A stretch of 62,888 bases of DNA, the filler included, from Sanchytrium tribonematis (Eukaryota), in assembly GCA_018985235.1 (NCBI GenBank). It is 15 parts of 15 records of this genome, joined end to end, with 100 filler letters (N's around TTAATTAATTAA, not from the genome) between each part and the next. Parts side by side here need not be neighbours in the genome. Positions count along the whole stretch, not along the records: positions 53,032 to 54,924 come from JADGIG010001175.1; positions 55,025 to 56,916 come from JADGIG010001176.1; positions 57,017 to 58,907 come from JADGIG010001177.1; positions 59,008 to 60,898 come from JADGIG010001178.1; positions 60,999 to 62,888 come from JADGIG010001179.1; 10 more parts are not named here. One strand, written 5' to 3'. The first letter of the stretch is position 1, and every line of letters begins with the position of its first letter. The translations under genes and the position numbers were made by a program. Of this stretch, positions 52,932-62,888 are shown in pieces. Under the pieces are notes generated by a model. The model had not been told where the DNA came from, did no database searches, and saw nothing but the letters and a program-made list of their open reading frames with translations.

Positions 52932-53066
52932 NNNNNNNNNNNNNNNNNNNNNNNNNNNNNNNNNNNNNNNNNNNNTTAATTAATTAANNNNNNNNNNNNN
53001 NNNNNNNNNNNNNNNNNNNNNNNNNNNNNNNAATTCTATCAAACTCATTTCATCCCCTATTTGTAA

Positions 53067-53468
53067 ATGACAAAAAGATCTCTAGATATCAGTGGGTCCG
53101 CACGTAAACAAAGATTCGCACATTTCAATGCGCCATCTCATTTAAGACGTAAATTAATGAGTGCCAGTTTAAACAAAGAATTAAGAAAACAATACAATGC
53201 TAGATCATTACCTATCCGTAAAGATGATGAAGTATTAGTCGTCCGTGGTGGATTTAAAGGAAGAGAAGGCAAAGTCGTCAATGTTTACAGAAAGAAATTC
53301 GTGATTCACATCGAAAGAGTTGTAAAAGAAAAGATGAATAAGCAAACTGTGCCTATTGGAGTACATCCAAGTAATGTTATTATTACTAAAATCCATTTGG
53401 ATAAGAATAGAAAAAGCTTGTTGGACAGAAAAGACAAGACTAAACATGTGCAAAAAATGCAAGAATAA
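53067..53468 (+). CDS. RPL26: 60S ribosomal protein L26 (uL24)
   Basis: [32 protein letters not shown]. Confidence 0.97.
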   Translation: MTKRSLDISGSARKQRFAHFNAPSHLRRKLMSASLNKELRKQYNARSLPIRKDDEVLVVRGGFKGREGKVVNVYRKKFVIHIERVVKEKMNKQTVPIGVHPSNVIITKIHLDKNRKSLLDRKDKTKHVQKMQE

Positions 53469-53505
53469 ATCTATTTCATGCCAATTTATCCTCCATTTAT
53501 TCATT

Positions 53506-54015
53506 TTAAACGAGTAGTAATGTTGACACAGTCAAGATTGAATACACAAATGTATTTGCTGATGAGCTGGCATCAGAATTGGTTGAATTGTCATTTTGGG
53601 TGTCATTTCCGGATTGATATAGTGCAGCACACTTTTCCACCTTTTCTCTCTGACCTGGTTCTGTTTCTTGAGTGCTATTTCCTTTCAATACCATTTTTGA
53701 AATAAATTGAGCGCATTTGTCAGGACAAGTCAACGTGCGTTCAATAAAATTGGGATCTGCAGCACACACTTGGTCGTCTTCTTTGTGGCAACGAATAGCA
53801 ACAGGCCATATTGTCTCACTTTTTAAGTCATTTCGATTGCATTTTGTCAAAAGTAAATTTGTTGAATCCGCACATTTTGAACAAGTATCAGGTATAGAAG
53901 TTGACTTCATGCACGTGAGCACAGCGTCATATGCAGTGGAGCAAGTATTTGAGAGGGCAGAAGTTGTCATGTTATAAAATTTGGAACAACTTTCCTTTAT
54001 TTTATTATAGACCAA
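53506..54015 (-). CDS. Cys-rich, probably GPI-anchored surface protein, start uncertain
   Basis: Cys-rich domain, N/S/T linker and hydrophobic C-terminus. No clean ATG plus signal peptide found. Confidence 0.5.
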   Translation of the reverse strand: MVYNKIKESCSKFYNMTTSALSNTCSTAYDAVLTCMKSTSIPDTCSKCADSTNLLLTKCNRNDLKSETIWPVAIRCHKEDDQVCAADPNFIERTLTCPDKCAQFISKMVLKGNSTQETEPGQREKVEKCAALYQSGNDTQNDNSTNSDASSSANTFVYSILTVSTLLLV

Positions 54016-54183
54016 TCACAGACCAAAGTGATAAACGGCAAGGTAATTATCTGATTGCAGCTATACAATTGGAAGGATAAAATTAGATAATCTTGCCCAA
54101 AATCAAAATTAATCCAGAGAATTGAGAGCAAAATCGTTGCAGTCAGAAAATTGATATCATTTCTTATCTAATTTCCAATCTAT

Positions 54184-54924
54184 TTATTCAACTTTTACCT
54201 CATTCAAAGCATCTTCCAGTTCGTGAATCATTTGTTTGACAGTGAATTTCTTTCTTTGTTTGTTGAATCTGCTCATATCTTGCCAAATTTGCTTATTTGT
54301 CAATAATTCATGTAAATAAATACTCATTTCTTCGCTGATACTCTCAAAATTCCCTTCATTTACCAAATAACCAGATTGTTTCATAATAATTGTTTCTTTG
54401 ACACCTCCAGAATTCATTCCAATTACAGGTATTCCATAACTCATGGCTTCAATGGGGACTATTCCAAAGTGTTCATGACTGGGTGTATAGATAATTGCTT
54501 TAGATTTGCTTAAAATAAATTGTTTTTGCAAATTCGTGCAAGATTTAATAAATGTCACAGATTTGGATAAATCAATTTCTGACACTTCTACACCATTGAA
54601 TACATTATAATCTAGTTGTAATTCATTACAGATATCTATTAGATGTTCCAATGTGGTCAAATTCTCTTGTAAATTCACATCAAATCCACCAACTAATAAT
54701 AATTTAATATTAGAAATTGGCAAATTTGAATGCTTCATTCTATTTATTAGTTTATGATATGCATAAATAGCGCGTTGAATTTGTTTTTTACCCTCAAATC
54801 TGTTAATACTGCTAATCACTTGATAATTTGATGCAAATAATTCATTTCCAGTATATTTGATATATTCTGTCCCTGGATATAATACTTGAATATTCTTGCT
54901 TCCAAATGTATTTTTATAAATTTG
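54184..54924 (-). CDS. ALG2: Alpha-1,3/1,6-mannosyltransferase Alg2, 3' part
   Basis: VLYP, SINRFE.KK, GG.D...EN, YTPS.EHFGIVPIEAM, NSGG..ET. Confidence 0.92.
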   Translation of the reverse strand, partial: QIYKNTFGSKNIQVLYPGTEYIKYTGNELFASNYQVISSINRFEGKKQIQRAIYAYHKLINRMKHSNLPISNIKLLLVGGFDVNLQENLTTLEHLIDICNELQLDYNVFNGVEVSEIDLSKSVTFIKSCTNLQKQFILSKSKAIIYTPSHEHFGIVPIEAMSYGIPVIGMNSGGVKETIIMKQSGYLVNEGNFESISEEMSIYLHELLTNKQIWQDMSRFNKQRKKFTVKQMIHELEDALNEVKVE

Positions 54925-55024
54925 NNNNNNNNNNNNNNNNNNNNNNNNNNNNNNNNNNNNNNNNNNNNTTAATTAATTAANNNNNNNNNNNNNNNNNNNN
55001 NNNNNNNNNNNNNNNNNNNNNNNN

Positions 55025-55690
55025 TGATTTTTGATGAATGTTGCTGCTATTGCTGAGTAGAAGCTCAATTGTTTCGCTTATTTTCGAATGAAGCATATGT
55101 TTTTCTGAATCACATATGCTACTTTTTTTTATTGCTTCTAAAGCTGCTATATATTGTTCAACATAAGCTGGGATCTCCCTCAGATGTTTGACATGGCCAA
55201 TAATGCTCTGTAAGTCTTCATTGTCAGATGAACTTGTTCGTAACTCCCCCAAATGAGCTTTAATAAATGATCTTATATTAGAAACATGTTTTTCCGGCTC
55301 ATTCTCCAGTAAAAATAACCGCCATTCTGCACCAATTTCAAGTTGTCGAAGAAATGGTACTAATTTATAACTTTCTTCTTTTAATAAATTCAATTTCTCG
55401 ATTAGTGAATTGGATTCGTCTTGATACATTTGATCAGCAGCTGCTTTTATTAGTAATCGAGGTTGTCTTGCTGATTCAGTGAGCACACTATTTGAGCCTG
55501 CAGGCAGTGCATCATAAAGTGATGTCCCCTCTCCATTGGTATTTGATGTAGCCATTGATTGGGATGAGGTAACTTGTTTTAATCCCACTGGTGGTAGAAG
55601 TGCATTAGCACCTGTTACTAAAGCACCAGCAATAGCAATACCTTCATAAACTCTTTTCATTGGAATTCCAAAAATCAATGCAAAAATCAT
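55025..55690 (-). CDS. Orphan secreted helical protein, paralog of 55644-56798 (3' cut)
   Basis: Leader MIFALIFG plus a second hydrophobic block ending ANA. Contains the F...HLG motif. Confidence 0.65.
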
Positions 55691-56798
55691 GTTTCCTCCC
55701 CCTCTCTAACAACGCAATAGAATCATTATCTAAAAGTAACAAAGTATCCAAAATAAGTTGTTTCAAATTCTGTGCTTCTGCCACAGTCATATTTTCAATT
55801 TGCCACACTGGATGAGACCCATAAATCAGATCGAAAGCATCATTTAATGCAATATAAAATGGAGTTATATTCAAATCCTTTAAATAATTAGCAAATTTTA
55901 TAATTTGTTGCAATTGGTCAATGGGTGTGAATTGGCTCACTCCCACGTGTTTATCAAGAAATACATCTAGTCCCTCACTCTCTGGATGATCTAAATACAT
56001 TTGTGCCTCATTGGAAATAGCTTGAAATTGATTTTTTAAATAAATCTCATGTATTTCCATGATTGTATGTATTATTGCATCAATACGAGGTGCTTTTACA
56101 TTAAATATCATTCTAGTGGCTTCTAATACTTGTTCTTGTGCATATGGCATGTAATGTGCCAATCTATTTACAATATCATTTGCATTTAAACTTGCAAATT
56201 CAAGAATAAATTGTATTTTATATTCTAAATCACCTGGCAAGACACCTAAATGTTTAATTACAAATTCATTCATTTCATGCATCTCTTGCTTTGATAGTGA
56301 ATGCTTTGCTTTTAATAATTGCAAGTATCTATTTGCTAGTTGCTTAATACTCTGAATTCTTGAATCATATCTCATTTTAGAATCATGAGAAACATGCAAT
56401 TGGGGCCATTTTGGAATGTCCAATCGAAATTTTTGTAATAAAGACATAAACCATGCTATTTGGGGAAGCTCAAATTCCGACTTTAAAGCATTCTCTGCCA
56501 TGGCTGATTGAATTTGTGCAGCTGCTTTTTGTATTTGATCTGGTAATTTCATTGGCAGCACTGCTGCGCTGGTCACACTACTTCCAACTTGCATCTCAGT
56601 TACTGTGGACGAGTCTACGGTTGATGCTTCTGTTGCTACTTGATACACTGCAGTTGAACCACGTCCTGCTGTTGAAGGTCTTGCTGATGAAGTACTTATA
56701 AATGCGTTAGTAGGTCCCAAAGCCAATGATCCCATGGACAATGCAGCAGCGATTGCCGCCGATTTTGCAGGCAAACTGTAAAGTACTGTCAACAACAT
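55644..56798 (-). CDS. Orphan secreted protein with two helical repeats
   Basis: Leader MLLTVLYS, second hydrophobic block ending TNA, S/T linker, repeats FVIKHLGV and FLDKHVGV. Confidence 0.7.
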   Translation of the reverse strand: MLLTVLYSLPAKSAAIAAALSMGSLALGPTNAFISTSSARPSTAGRGSTAVYQVATEASTVDSSTVTEMQVGSSVTSAAVLPMKLPDQIQKAAAQIQSAMAENALKSEFELPQIAWFMSLLQKFRLDIPKWPQLHVSHDSKMRYDSRIQSIKQLANRYLQLLKAKHSLSKQEMHEMNEFVIKHLGVLPGDLEYKIQFILEFASLNANDIVNRLAHYMPYAQEQVLEATRMIFNVKAPRIDAIIHTIMEIHEIYLKNQFQAISNEAQMYLDHPESEGLDVFLDKHVGVSQFTPIDQLQQIIKFANYLKDLNITPFYIALNDAFDLIYGSHPVWQIENMTVAEAQNLKQLILDTLLLLDNDSIALLERGRKHDFCIDFWNSNEKSL

Positions 56799-57016
56799 TT
56801 GATTTGGGGGAATCTCAGGTGATTCTCCTGTGATCCATTGTATTTTTCAAATGATGTCATTTACAAATCAGGTGTGACCATGTGATATCATGTGATTTAT
56901 TAAGTGTCACGTGAATNNNNNNNNNNNNNNNNNNNNNNNNNNNNNNNNNNNNNNNNNNNNTTAATTAATTAANNNNNNNNNNNNNNNNNNNNNNNNNNNN
57001 NNNNNNNNNNNNNNNN

Positions 57017-58907
57017 GGAAGGATTCCGTATTGTTTAAAACAATGCTACTAGCTATAATCACACTAGATGCTTTGTAAAATACACGCGTCACAACTAAAT
57101 TAATAAAAATAACTTGATTTGGCATCTGTGGTTGCAATTTCCAATCTATCAGGTAAATAGGACAAGTAGTATTTCTTACACATGCTATAATTAGCAACAT
57201 ATGAGCTATTCAGCAAGGGATTAAAGGATAAATCACAATTTGTCAATAAAGTCGTATTTTGTAATTGAACATCTAAAATAGACGTATTTCCTAGTACTAA
57301 GTATGTTGGTTTTTGCAAAATGACCTTGTCGTTGAAATAATTGCCCTCGTTCACTGGATCCCCTAATACGACATCCTTCAAAGAAGCAGGAAATGCAGGT
57401 AATGGACCTGTTAGAAAATTCCCCTGAATTCGCAACTGTTGTAGATTGGGTGGTAAAGTAGGAAGTGGCCCTTTTAGATTACATCTAATAAGTTGAAGCA
57501 CTTTCAAACTGCTAGGAAGTGCTTTTAATGTTTGATTCAAGTTTACATATTTTAATACTAAAGTCTCTAACCCCTCTGAAAATATTGGCAGTGGACCTCC
57601 AATGGTTGAACCTTCAATGCTGATATATTTCACATGCCCTGGAATATAGTCTGGTATTCTTGCTGTTTGGTTATAATTGCCAAAAATGTAAAGCGAATTC
57701 AAAGTTGAAGGAATATCTGTAATTGAAAATGCAAATCCATCTACAGTTTGTAATAGATCCCCTCCATCTATACTTAATTCTGTCACATTTAATCCCGCAC
57801 AATTTACATAATAACTGGTGTCACAGCAATTCTCATCCCTTAATGAATCGCTTTGAATTCCCATTTTTTGAAACATTTTATCAACCAATTTGCATGCACC
57901 CAGTGATGTCGGAATAGAATACTTTTGAATATCGGGTTCGCATTTTGTTAAATTGACCAAATTGGCTATTGAAATATTGTTTAATGAAACATCACAAGAT
58001 CGAATTACGTTCAAATTTGTTGTCACAACTTTCTCAATTAAATTATTTCTCAAATTCAGTTCATTATAAGCTGAAGGACCAAAATTTGACGCGTCTATAA
58101 TCCCTTTAATCTTATTATTTTTCAAATATAATTGGGTCCAAGTATTTCCCTTTAATTCATTTTCCACACTATCAAATTCATTGTCAGCAGCTGAAAACAT
58201 TTGTAGCTGAATTAAATTGGGAATGGTGCCATTAAGCTGATTCGTATCTAGGGCTAAATTGACTAGAGTATTGGGTAATTTGCCAGATATGGGGCCAGTA
58301 AAATAATTGTTGGAAAGGTACAGATTTTGTAAATTTGTAAAGCCTGACAAGTCTGGAAAGTTCCCTTTGATATCATTATAGCTTAAATCCAAGTCATGTA
58401 GCGTATCCGGCAATAATGTGGTGTTGATGGTGCCATTAAGTTTCAAATAGCGCAATCTAATGTTTGTGATTCTGTTGTTGTTACACACAGAGTAATACAT
58501 AAGAGAGTCACAGCAATTCTTTTTTTTAAATAAATAGTTGAAGCTATCCGGGGCAGTTAGATGCATATTTAACTGATTTAAAAATAAATAAAAATTTGGG
58601 CAATCGATGGAAGGTGGAGATTTGAATGATAAATTACATTTCGAGGTCAAAGCAATATCCGCCTGCATGTCTGGATCAAAATAATTATAGATTGTGTTGC
58701 AATTTTTTATCCCATTATTGTTTGGCACAAACAACCAATCAAATTCATTGTCAGAAAGATACAAAGTGGTTATATTGGGAGAAGAAATAGTTAAATTTCC
58801 AGAAAAGCTATTGGATGATAGATCTAGGGTCTGGACACTCTTAAAATCTAAAGGAATTGCTCCCGTGAAACTACAATATGACAAATCTACAATTTCTACA
58901 TTGTCTG
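57017..58907 (-). CDS. Multi-module LRR receptor-like protein, both ends cut (intron 57095-57113)
   Basis: Repeated modules of Cys cap (DC...NCC...C) + LRRs + CDLS.N. Frame continues to the contig end after a 19-nt intron. Confidence 0.85.
57095..57113 (-). other. 19-nt spliceosomal intron GTTATTTTTATTAATTTAG
   Basis: Removes the stop and joins to the open S-rich stalk frame. Fits the T-8/A-6 consensus. Confidence 0.72.
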
Positions 58908-59007
58908 NNNNNNNNNNNNNNNNNNNNNNNNNNNNNNNNNNNNNNNNNNNNTTAATTAATTAANNNNNNNNNNNNNNNNNNNNNNNNNNNNNNNNNNNNN
59001 NNNNNNN

Positions 59008-59136
59008 CAATTGTATTTCTTCTGATTCAATTAAATGTGGATTCGTCGATAAATCTGCTTTGATTTTAGCAGCAGTAAGTGTATTGGTAGCAACTAAATC
59101 TGGTGATAATTTGCGTAAGAAAATGCGGGATAGCAT
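59008..59136 (-). CDS. 5' fragment of a probable mitochondrial protein
   Basis: MLSRIFLRKLS presequence-like start, open to the contig end. Confidence 0.45.
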
Positions 59137-59362
59137 TTGTTTTGAAAAAATTTTGGTGTGAAATTGAACCCACAGCTTTTCATATTTTAATACGAATGGG
59201 CAACCACAATTTATTTATATTAATTTGCCATAATACACTTAAGCTTCAAAATTGTAAAGTAATAATATTTATGAGACATATCTCCATAAATGCACCATAC
59301 TTTTTATTGGTCAAAAACACGTGCTCAAATTTTAATGGTAAAATTGCAAATTTTCTAGTCAA

Positions 59363-60151
59363 ATGAGTGAAGAACAACCACAAGTAGCCGCAGCTGGAAC
59401 AGCAGCACCAGTCAAAGAAGAACGTCCACAAAGAAGAGGACGTGGTGGTCAAAGACCAAGACGTCAAAAAGGAGAAAAGGATGAATGGATTCCAGTTACA
59501 AAATTAGGTCGATTAGTCAAAGCTGGTATCATTACTTCTTTGGAACAAATTTACTTGTTTTCTTTGCCAATTAAGGAGTATCAAATTGTTGATCACTTTT
59601 TACCTAATTTGAAAGATGAGGTTATGAACATTCAGCCTGTTCAAAAGCAAACTCGTGCTGGTCAAAGAACTAGATTTAAGGCTACTGTTCTTATTGGAGA
59701 CTCTGACGGACACGTCGGATTAGGAGTCAAAACATCCAAAGAAGTAGCTGATTCTATTAAAGCTGGTATTATCTTGGCCAAATTATCTATTATCCCTGTC
59801 CGTCGTGGTTATTGGGGTACTAACCTTGGAGAGCCACACACTGTCCCTTGTAAAGTATCTGGAAAATGTGCTTCTGCGGCTGTTAAATTTATCCCTGCAC
59901 CTAAAGGTACTGATTTAGTTGCTGCTCCTGTTATGAAAAAACTATTACAGTTAGCTGGTATCAAAGATTGTTATACAGGATCTACTGGTTGTACAAGAAC
60001 CATTGCTAATTTCTTAAAAGCTGGATTTGTTGCTATTTCAAAGACCTACGGATTCTTGACACCTTCATTATGGCCTCAAACCAAATACTTGCCGTTACCA
60101 ACTGCTGAACATGCTGAGTTTTTGGCTAAAGAAGCAAAAAGAAAGCATTAA
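59363..60151 (+). CDS. RPS2: 40S ribosomal protein S2 (uS5)
   Basis: [35 protein letters not shown]. Confidence 0.98.
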   Translation: MSEEQPQVAAAGTAAPVKEERPQRRGRGGQRPRRQKGEKDEWIPVTKLGRLVKAGIITSLEQIYLFSLPIKEYQIVDHFLPNLKDEVMNIQPVQKQTRAGQRTRFKATVLIGDSDGHVGLGVKTSKEVADSIKAGIILAKLSIIPVRRGYWGTNLGEPHTVPCKVSGKCASAAVKFIPAPKGTDLVAAPVMKKLLQLAGIKDCYTGSTGCTRTIANFLKAGFVAISKTYGFLTPSLWPQTKYLPLPTAEHAEFLAKEAKRKH

Positions 60152-60180
60152 GTAAATACAATGCACTTTTATCAACTACT

Positions 60181-60898
60181 TTATTGATTTTTAAATTTCT
60201 TTTTATAAGTCTCTACATCCTTATCTAAAGCTCGTTTTTGAGTGTCGGCCTTTTCCATGAACGCGTCTAATTTTTTAAGGTCCTTTGAATCTTTGGTTGT
60301 ATTTCTTATTTGTTTCCCTACTTGTTGCATTACTGTCAACACAACGCTTAATTGATTAGGTAACCAAGTAACAATTGGGCTGCCACCAGTAGCTAATTTA
60401 GTTTAAGATACCAACAGGATGATTTGAATATTTAATAATATATTCTTTTGTGAAATTCCAATGTCTATGTCGAAAATCTCGTACTTGATCCAATAAACTC
60501 AGGTATTTCAAGCTACTTTGGACATCTTTTAGAGCGTATGCCTTTACTCCTAGTTTTTTACTTTCATTTTCCACAAAAGTCAACCATTCAGTGTGGGCAT
60601 GGGGACGATAAGTTCGAAAGTCTTTCAAAATTTGCGTCAATGGATTGTCTGGCATCACATTGGTGATTTCTAATAGATTGTCACACGTTGGGATAATAGA
60701 ATCATTAGCACCTGATTCACCACGATAAGCCTGAGGATCTTTCGATACTCCTTCATAAATCACGCCGTTTGGAAAAATTTCCTCTTGATTTTTGATTCCC
60801 ATGATGAAAGTTCTAAATCTGTTATAATCTTGCGGTTTACTGGCTGCCCACATGGTTTCCATAACGATATTAATTTGATTCATGGTTTTGGTTAAATT
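60181..60898 (-). CDS. Indoleamine 2,3-dioxygenase (fungal IDO-gamma type), 3' part (intron 60393-60411)
   Basis: FRTFI.GI, RGESGANDS, DFR.YRP, FR.RHW.FTKEYI. HPVATGGSPIVTWLPNQL appears after splicing. Confidence 0.92.
60393..60411 (-). other. 19-nt spliceosomal intron GTATCTTAAACTAAATTAG
   Basis: Removal restores the conserved ATGGSP motif. Confidence 0.93.
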
Positions 60899-61022
60899 NN
60901 NNNNNNNNNNNNNNNNNNNNNNNNNNNNNNNNNNNNNNNNNNTTAATTAATTAANNNNNNNNNNNNNNNNNNNNNNNNNNNNNNNNNNNNNNNNNNNNTG
61001 GCTTGAGTAGCTTGTCACGTAA

Positions 61023-62634
61023 ATGAAGAAACACCTTTTGTTAAATTTGTTTTTGACCATTTTACACGCTACAGATTGTCAAGGCGCCATAAATTTCTTT
61101 ACTAGTTTGAATATGCAAACAACAGATGCATCAGAATACAATGCTATCCCTATAAATTGTTGTAATTACACTAGTGTTTCTAGTAAAATTACTATTACAT
61201 GTACAGCAACAACGATTTCTATGATCCAATTGCAATATATGAATATAAATGGAGTTATTAAGGGTGATTTAATGCCACAAAGTATTTCAGAATTGAATAT
61301 TCTAAATTGTTATAATTTAATTGGTAATATCCCAAATAATTTACCAAATTCATTGAAAATAATGCGATTAAATGATCTTGGACTTACTGGTAGTATTCCA
61401 TCCACACTTCCTACCAGTTTAATTATATTCAGTGCCCAGCACAATGCTTTGAGTGGTGCCATTCCCAATTTTCCACCCACCGTCCATCAAATCTTTTTGA
61501 ATGTGAATGCTTTGACTGGTTCTATTCCAACCACATGGCCAAGTGGATTGACAGTCTTTCAAGCTAATTATAATCAATTAAATGGTACATTAGACTATTT
61601 GCCTGATTCAGTCACCAATATTGATTTGGGAAATAATTTGTTTACTGGTAATTGTAACCATTTGCCGAGTCAATTAAAAACAATAGATATGAGCTCAAAT
61701 AAGATGTCTGGTCAATTAATGGAGAATTGGCCTGTTAATTTGGATTCATTTTCAATTTATCACAACCAATTTAGTGGAAAAATACCAACTCAATTATTGG
61801 AACAAGTGCATACTTTGACGATTTCTTCAAATTTATTCACTGGCTGTATAAGTTCAATTTTAATATGTTCTTATTGTTATTTAGGAGGAAATCAATTTGA
61901 AGGCTCCATTGTGTTTCAAAAACCCAATTATTTGGATATCTCATCTAATTTATTGACGGATATAAATGTGGTGGATATATCTGTATTAGGATTGTGTTTT
62001 TTAAATAATAATCCCATGTTAGGACTCATTGGTGAGCCGTATCTCTCTAAATGTCAAATTAACGGGATTTATAGTAAATCTGGAACTACAACAAAATGCT
62101 ATTTAAGCACTAAATCATTGGCTACCAGTACATCTAGTACCCAGCTATCGATTGCAAGTACTCCAAAAACTTCTATTTTAAGCAGTTCTGTTATTTTTCA
62201 GACAACTCCAACTCATTCAATAATCTTGAGTGAATCTTCGTTTACAGTCTTTGATTCATCAACTTTTTCCACCGATAAAGATTCAGAAACAGAATCTTAT
62301 ACATCTAGTACGAGTGAAATGGAATCATTAGAGATCAGATCTGTCCAGACACGTATTTAAATCTTATGTAGGACCATTTCATGACACAAAAACTACAATG
62401 TCACAAATTACAAACAGAACTATCCAATATACGAGCCTTTCAACCACTTTAAAAGCAACCACTTCATTATTTGTTGAGAAATGGCATGGGGCCATGGGCG
62501 CATTTGAATTGAAATTTGAAATCACACAAGTTTGTAAAATTGGATTTGATTTATTGATAATTGGATTCATTATGGCTAAAATGCCAATTAGATTCAAAAC
62601 TAGAACACAGAATCGGGTAATGAGTCATTACTAG
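61023..62634 (+). CDS. LRR receptor-like surface protein: signal, Cys cap, LRRs, S/T stalk, C-terminal TM (2 exons: 61023-62352, 62372-62634)
   Basis: NALSGAIP/NALTGSIP repeats. A 19-nt intron joins the 445-aa and 78-aa ORFs in frame. Confidence 0.88.
62353..62371 (+). other. 19-nt spliceosomal intron GTATTTAAATCTTATGTAG
   Basis: Links the stalk to the TM-containing exon. Confidence 0.85.
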
Positions 62635-62647
62635 TAGAATAAATGAA

Positions 62648-62888
62648 ATGTGGCTTGAAGATGCTTTTCATGAAATATTTTCAGTTCTGATTTTATACGC
62701 GACAGATTGTCAGACAACCATGACATTCTTCAGAGGCCTCAATATGCATATCACCAATACTGCAGATTACAATGCGATACCTGGTAGTTGCTGTGGATAC
62801 AAAAGTCCATTGACCAGTGGATATTCTCGAATTTCTATTACTTGCGTCTCAACAGCAGTTACTGGAATTGAATTGGGTATGGTAACAA
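62648..62888 (+). CDS. Tandem LRR paralog, 5' fragment
   Basis: Read by hand: MWLEDAFHEIFSVLILYATDCQTTMTFFRGLNMHIT..DYNAIP.SCC, closely similar to the N-terminus of 61023+. Confidence 0.8.
   Translation, partial: MWLEDAFHEIFSVLILYATDCQTTMTFFRGLNMHITNTADYNAIPGSCCGYKSPLTSGYSRISITCVSTAVTGIELGMVT

Noticed and set aside
52632..52979. Pentapeptide-repeat ORFs or a CRISPR-like array
   Set aside because: The ORFs are by-products of a 15-bp tandem repeat. There are no unique spacers or cas genes, and the context is eukaryotic.
19661..60898. Kynurenine pathway cluster (BNA3 + IDO)
   Set aside because: The two genes are on different, unlinked contigs.
18418..60998. Recurring TTAATTAATTAA motif and gene neighbourhoods across N-runs
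   Set aside because: Artificial six-frame-stop linker. The small contigs fall steadily in length from 1916 to 1890 bp, showing list-order concatenation rather than linkage.
1..62888. Alternative genetic code or programmed frameshifting to explain the broken ORFs
   Set aside because: Conserved proteins end at TAA, TAG and TGA in expected places, and the breaks are explained by consensus 19-20-nt introns.

Overview
Eukaryotic, AT-rich, extremely gene-dense fungal-type DNA. The window is 15 separate contigs (two of about 18.4 kb, thirteen of about 1.9 kb) joined by 14 artificial 100-nt N/TTAATTAATTAA linkers, so adjacency across linkers means nothing. Gene content (CBM18-CE4 chitin deacetylase, WC-1 LOV protein, fungal complex I subunit NI9M, MLKL-kinase-SEL1, MICAL-type monooxygenase, an expanded family of Cys-capped LRR receptor-like proteins) points to an early-diverging zoosporic fungus with a miniaturised genome. 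A sanchytrid-like parasite is my inference, not a database result. Main discovery: ten GT-AG introns of only 19-20 nt that repair broken ORFs, often restoring conserved motifs exactly (GATA LCNACG, ZnT HxTIQxE, IDO ATGGSP, PLAC8 CALxQE). All ten have T at -8 and A at -6 from the 3' end and tolerate TAG/CAG/AAG/GAG acceptors, suggesting a tiny-intron system with a fixed-distance branch point like that of Stentor. Also seen: an orientation-independent CTCCTT/AAGGAG (CCC/GGG-like) element beside most start codons, intergenic spaces of 0-45 bp, very short signal peptides, a Harbinger transposon inserted in an LRR gene, a stand-alone UBR box and a stand-alone MICAL monooxygenase.
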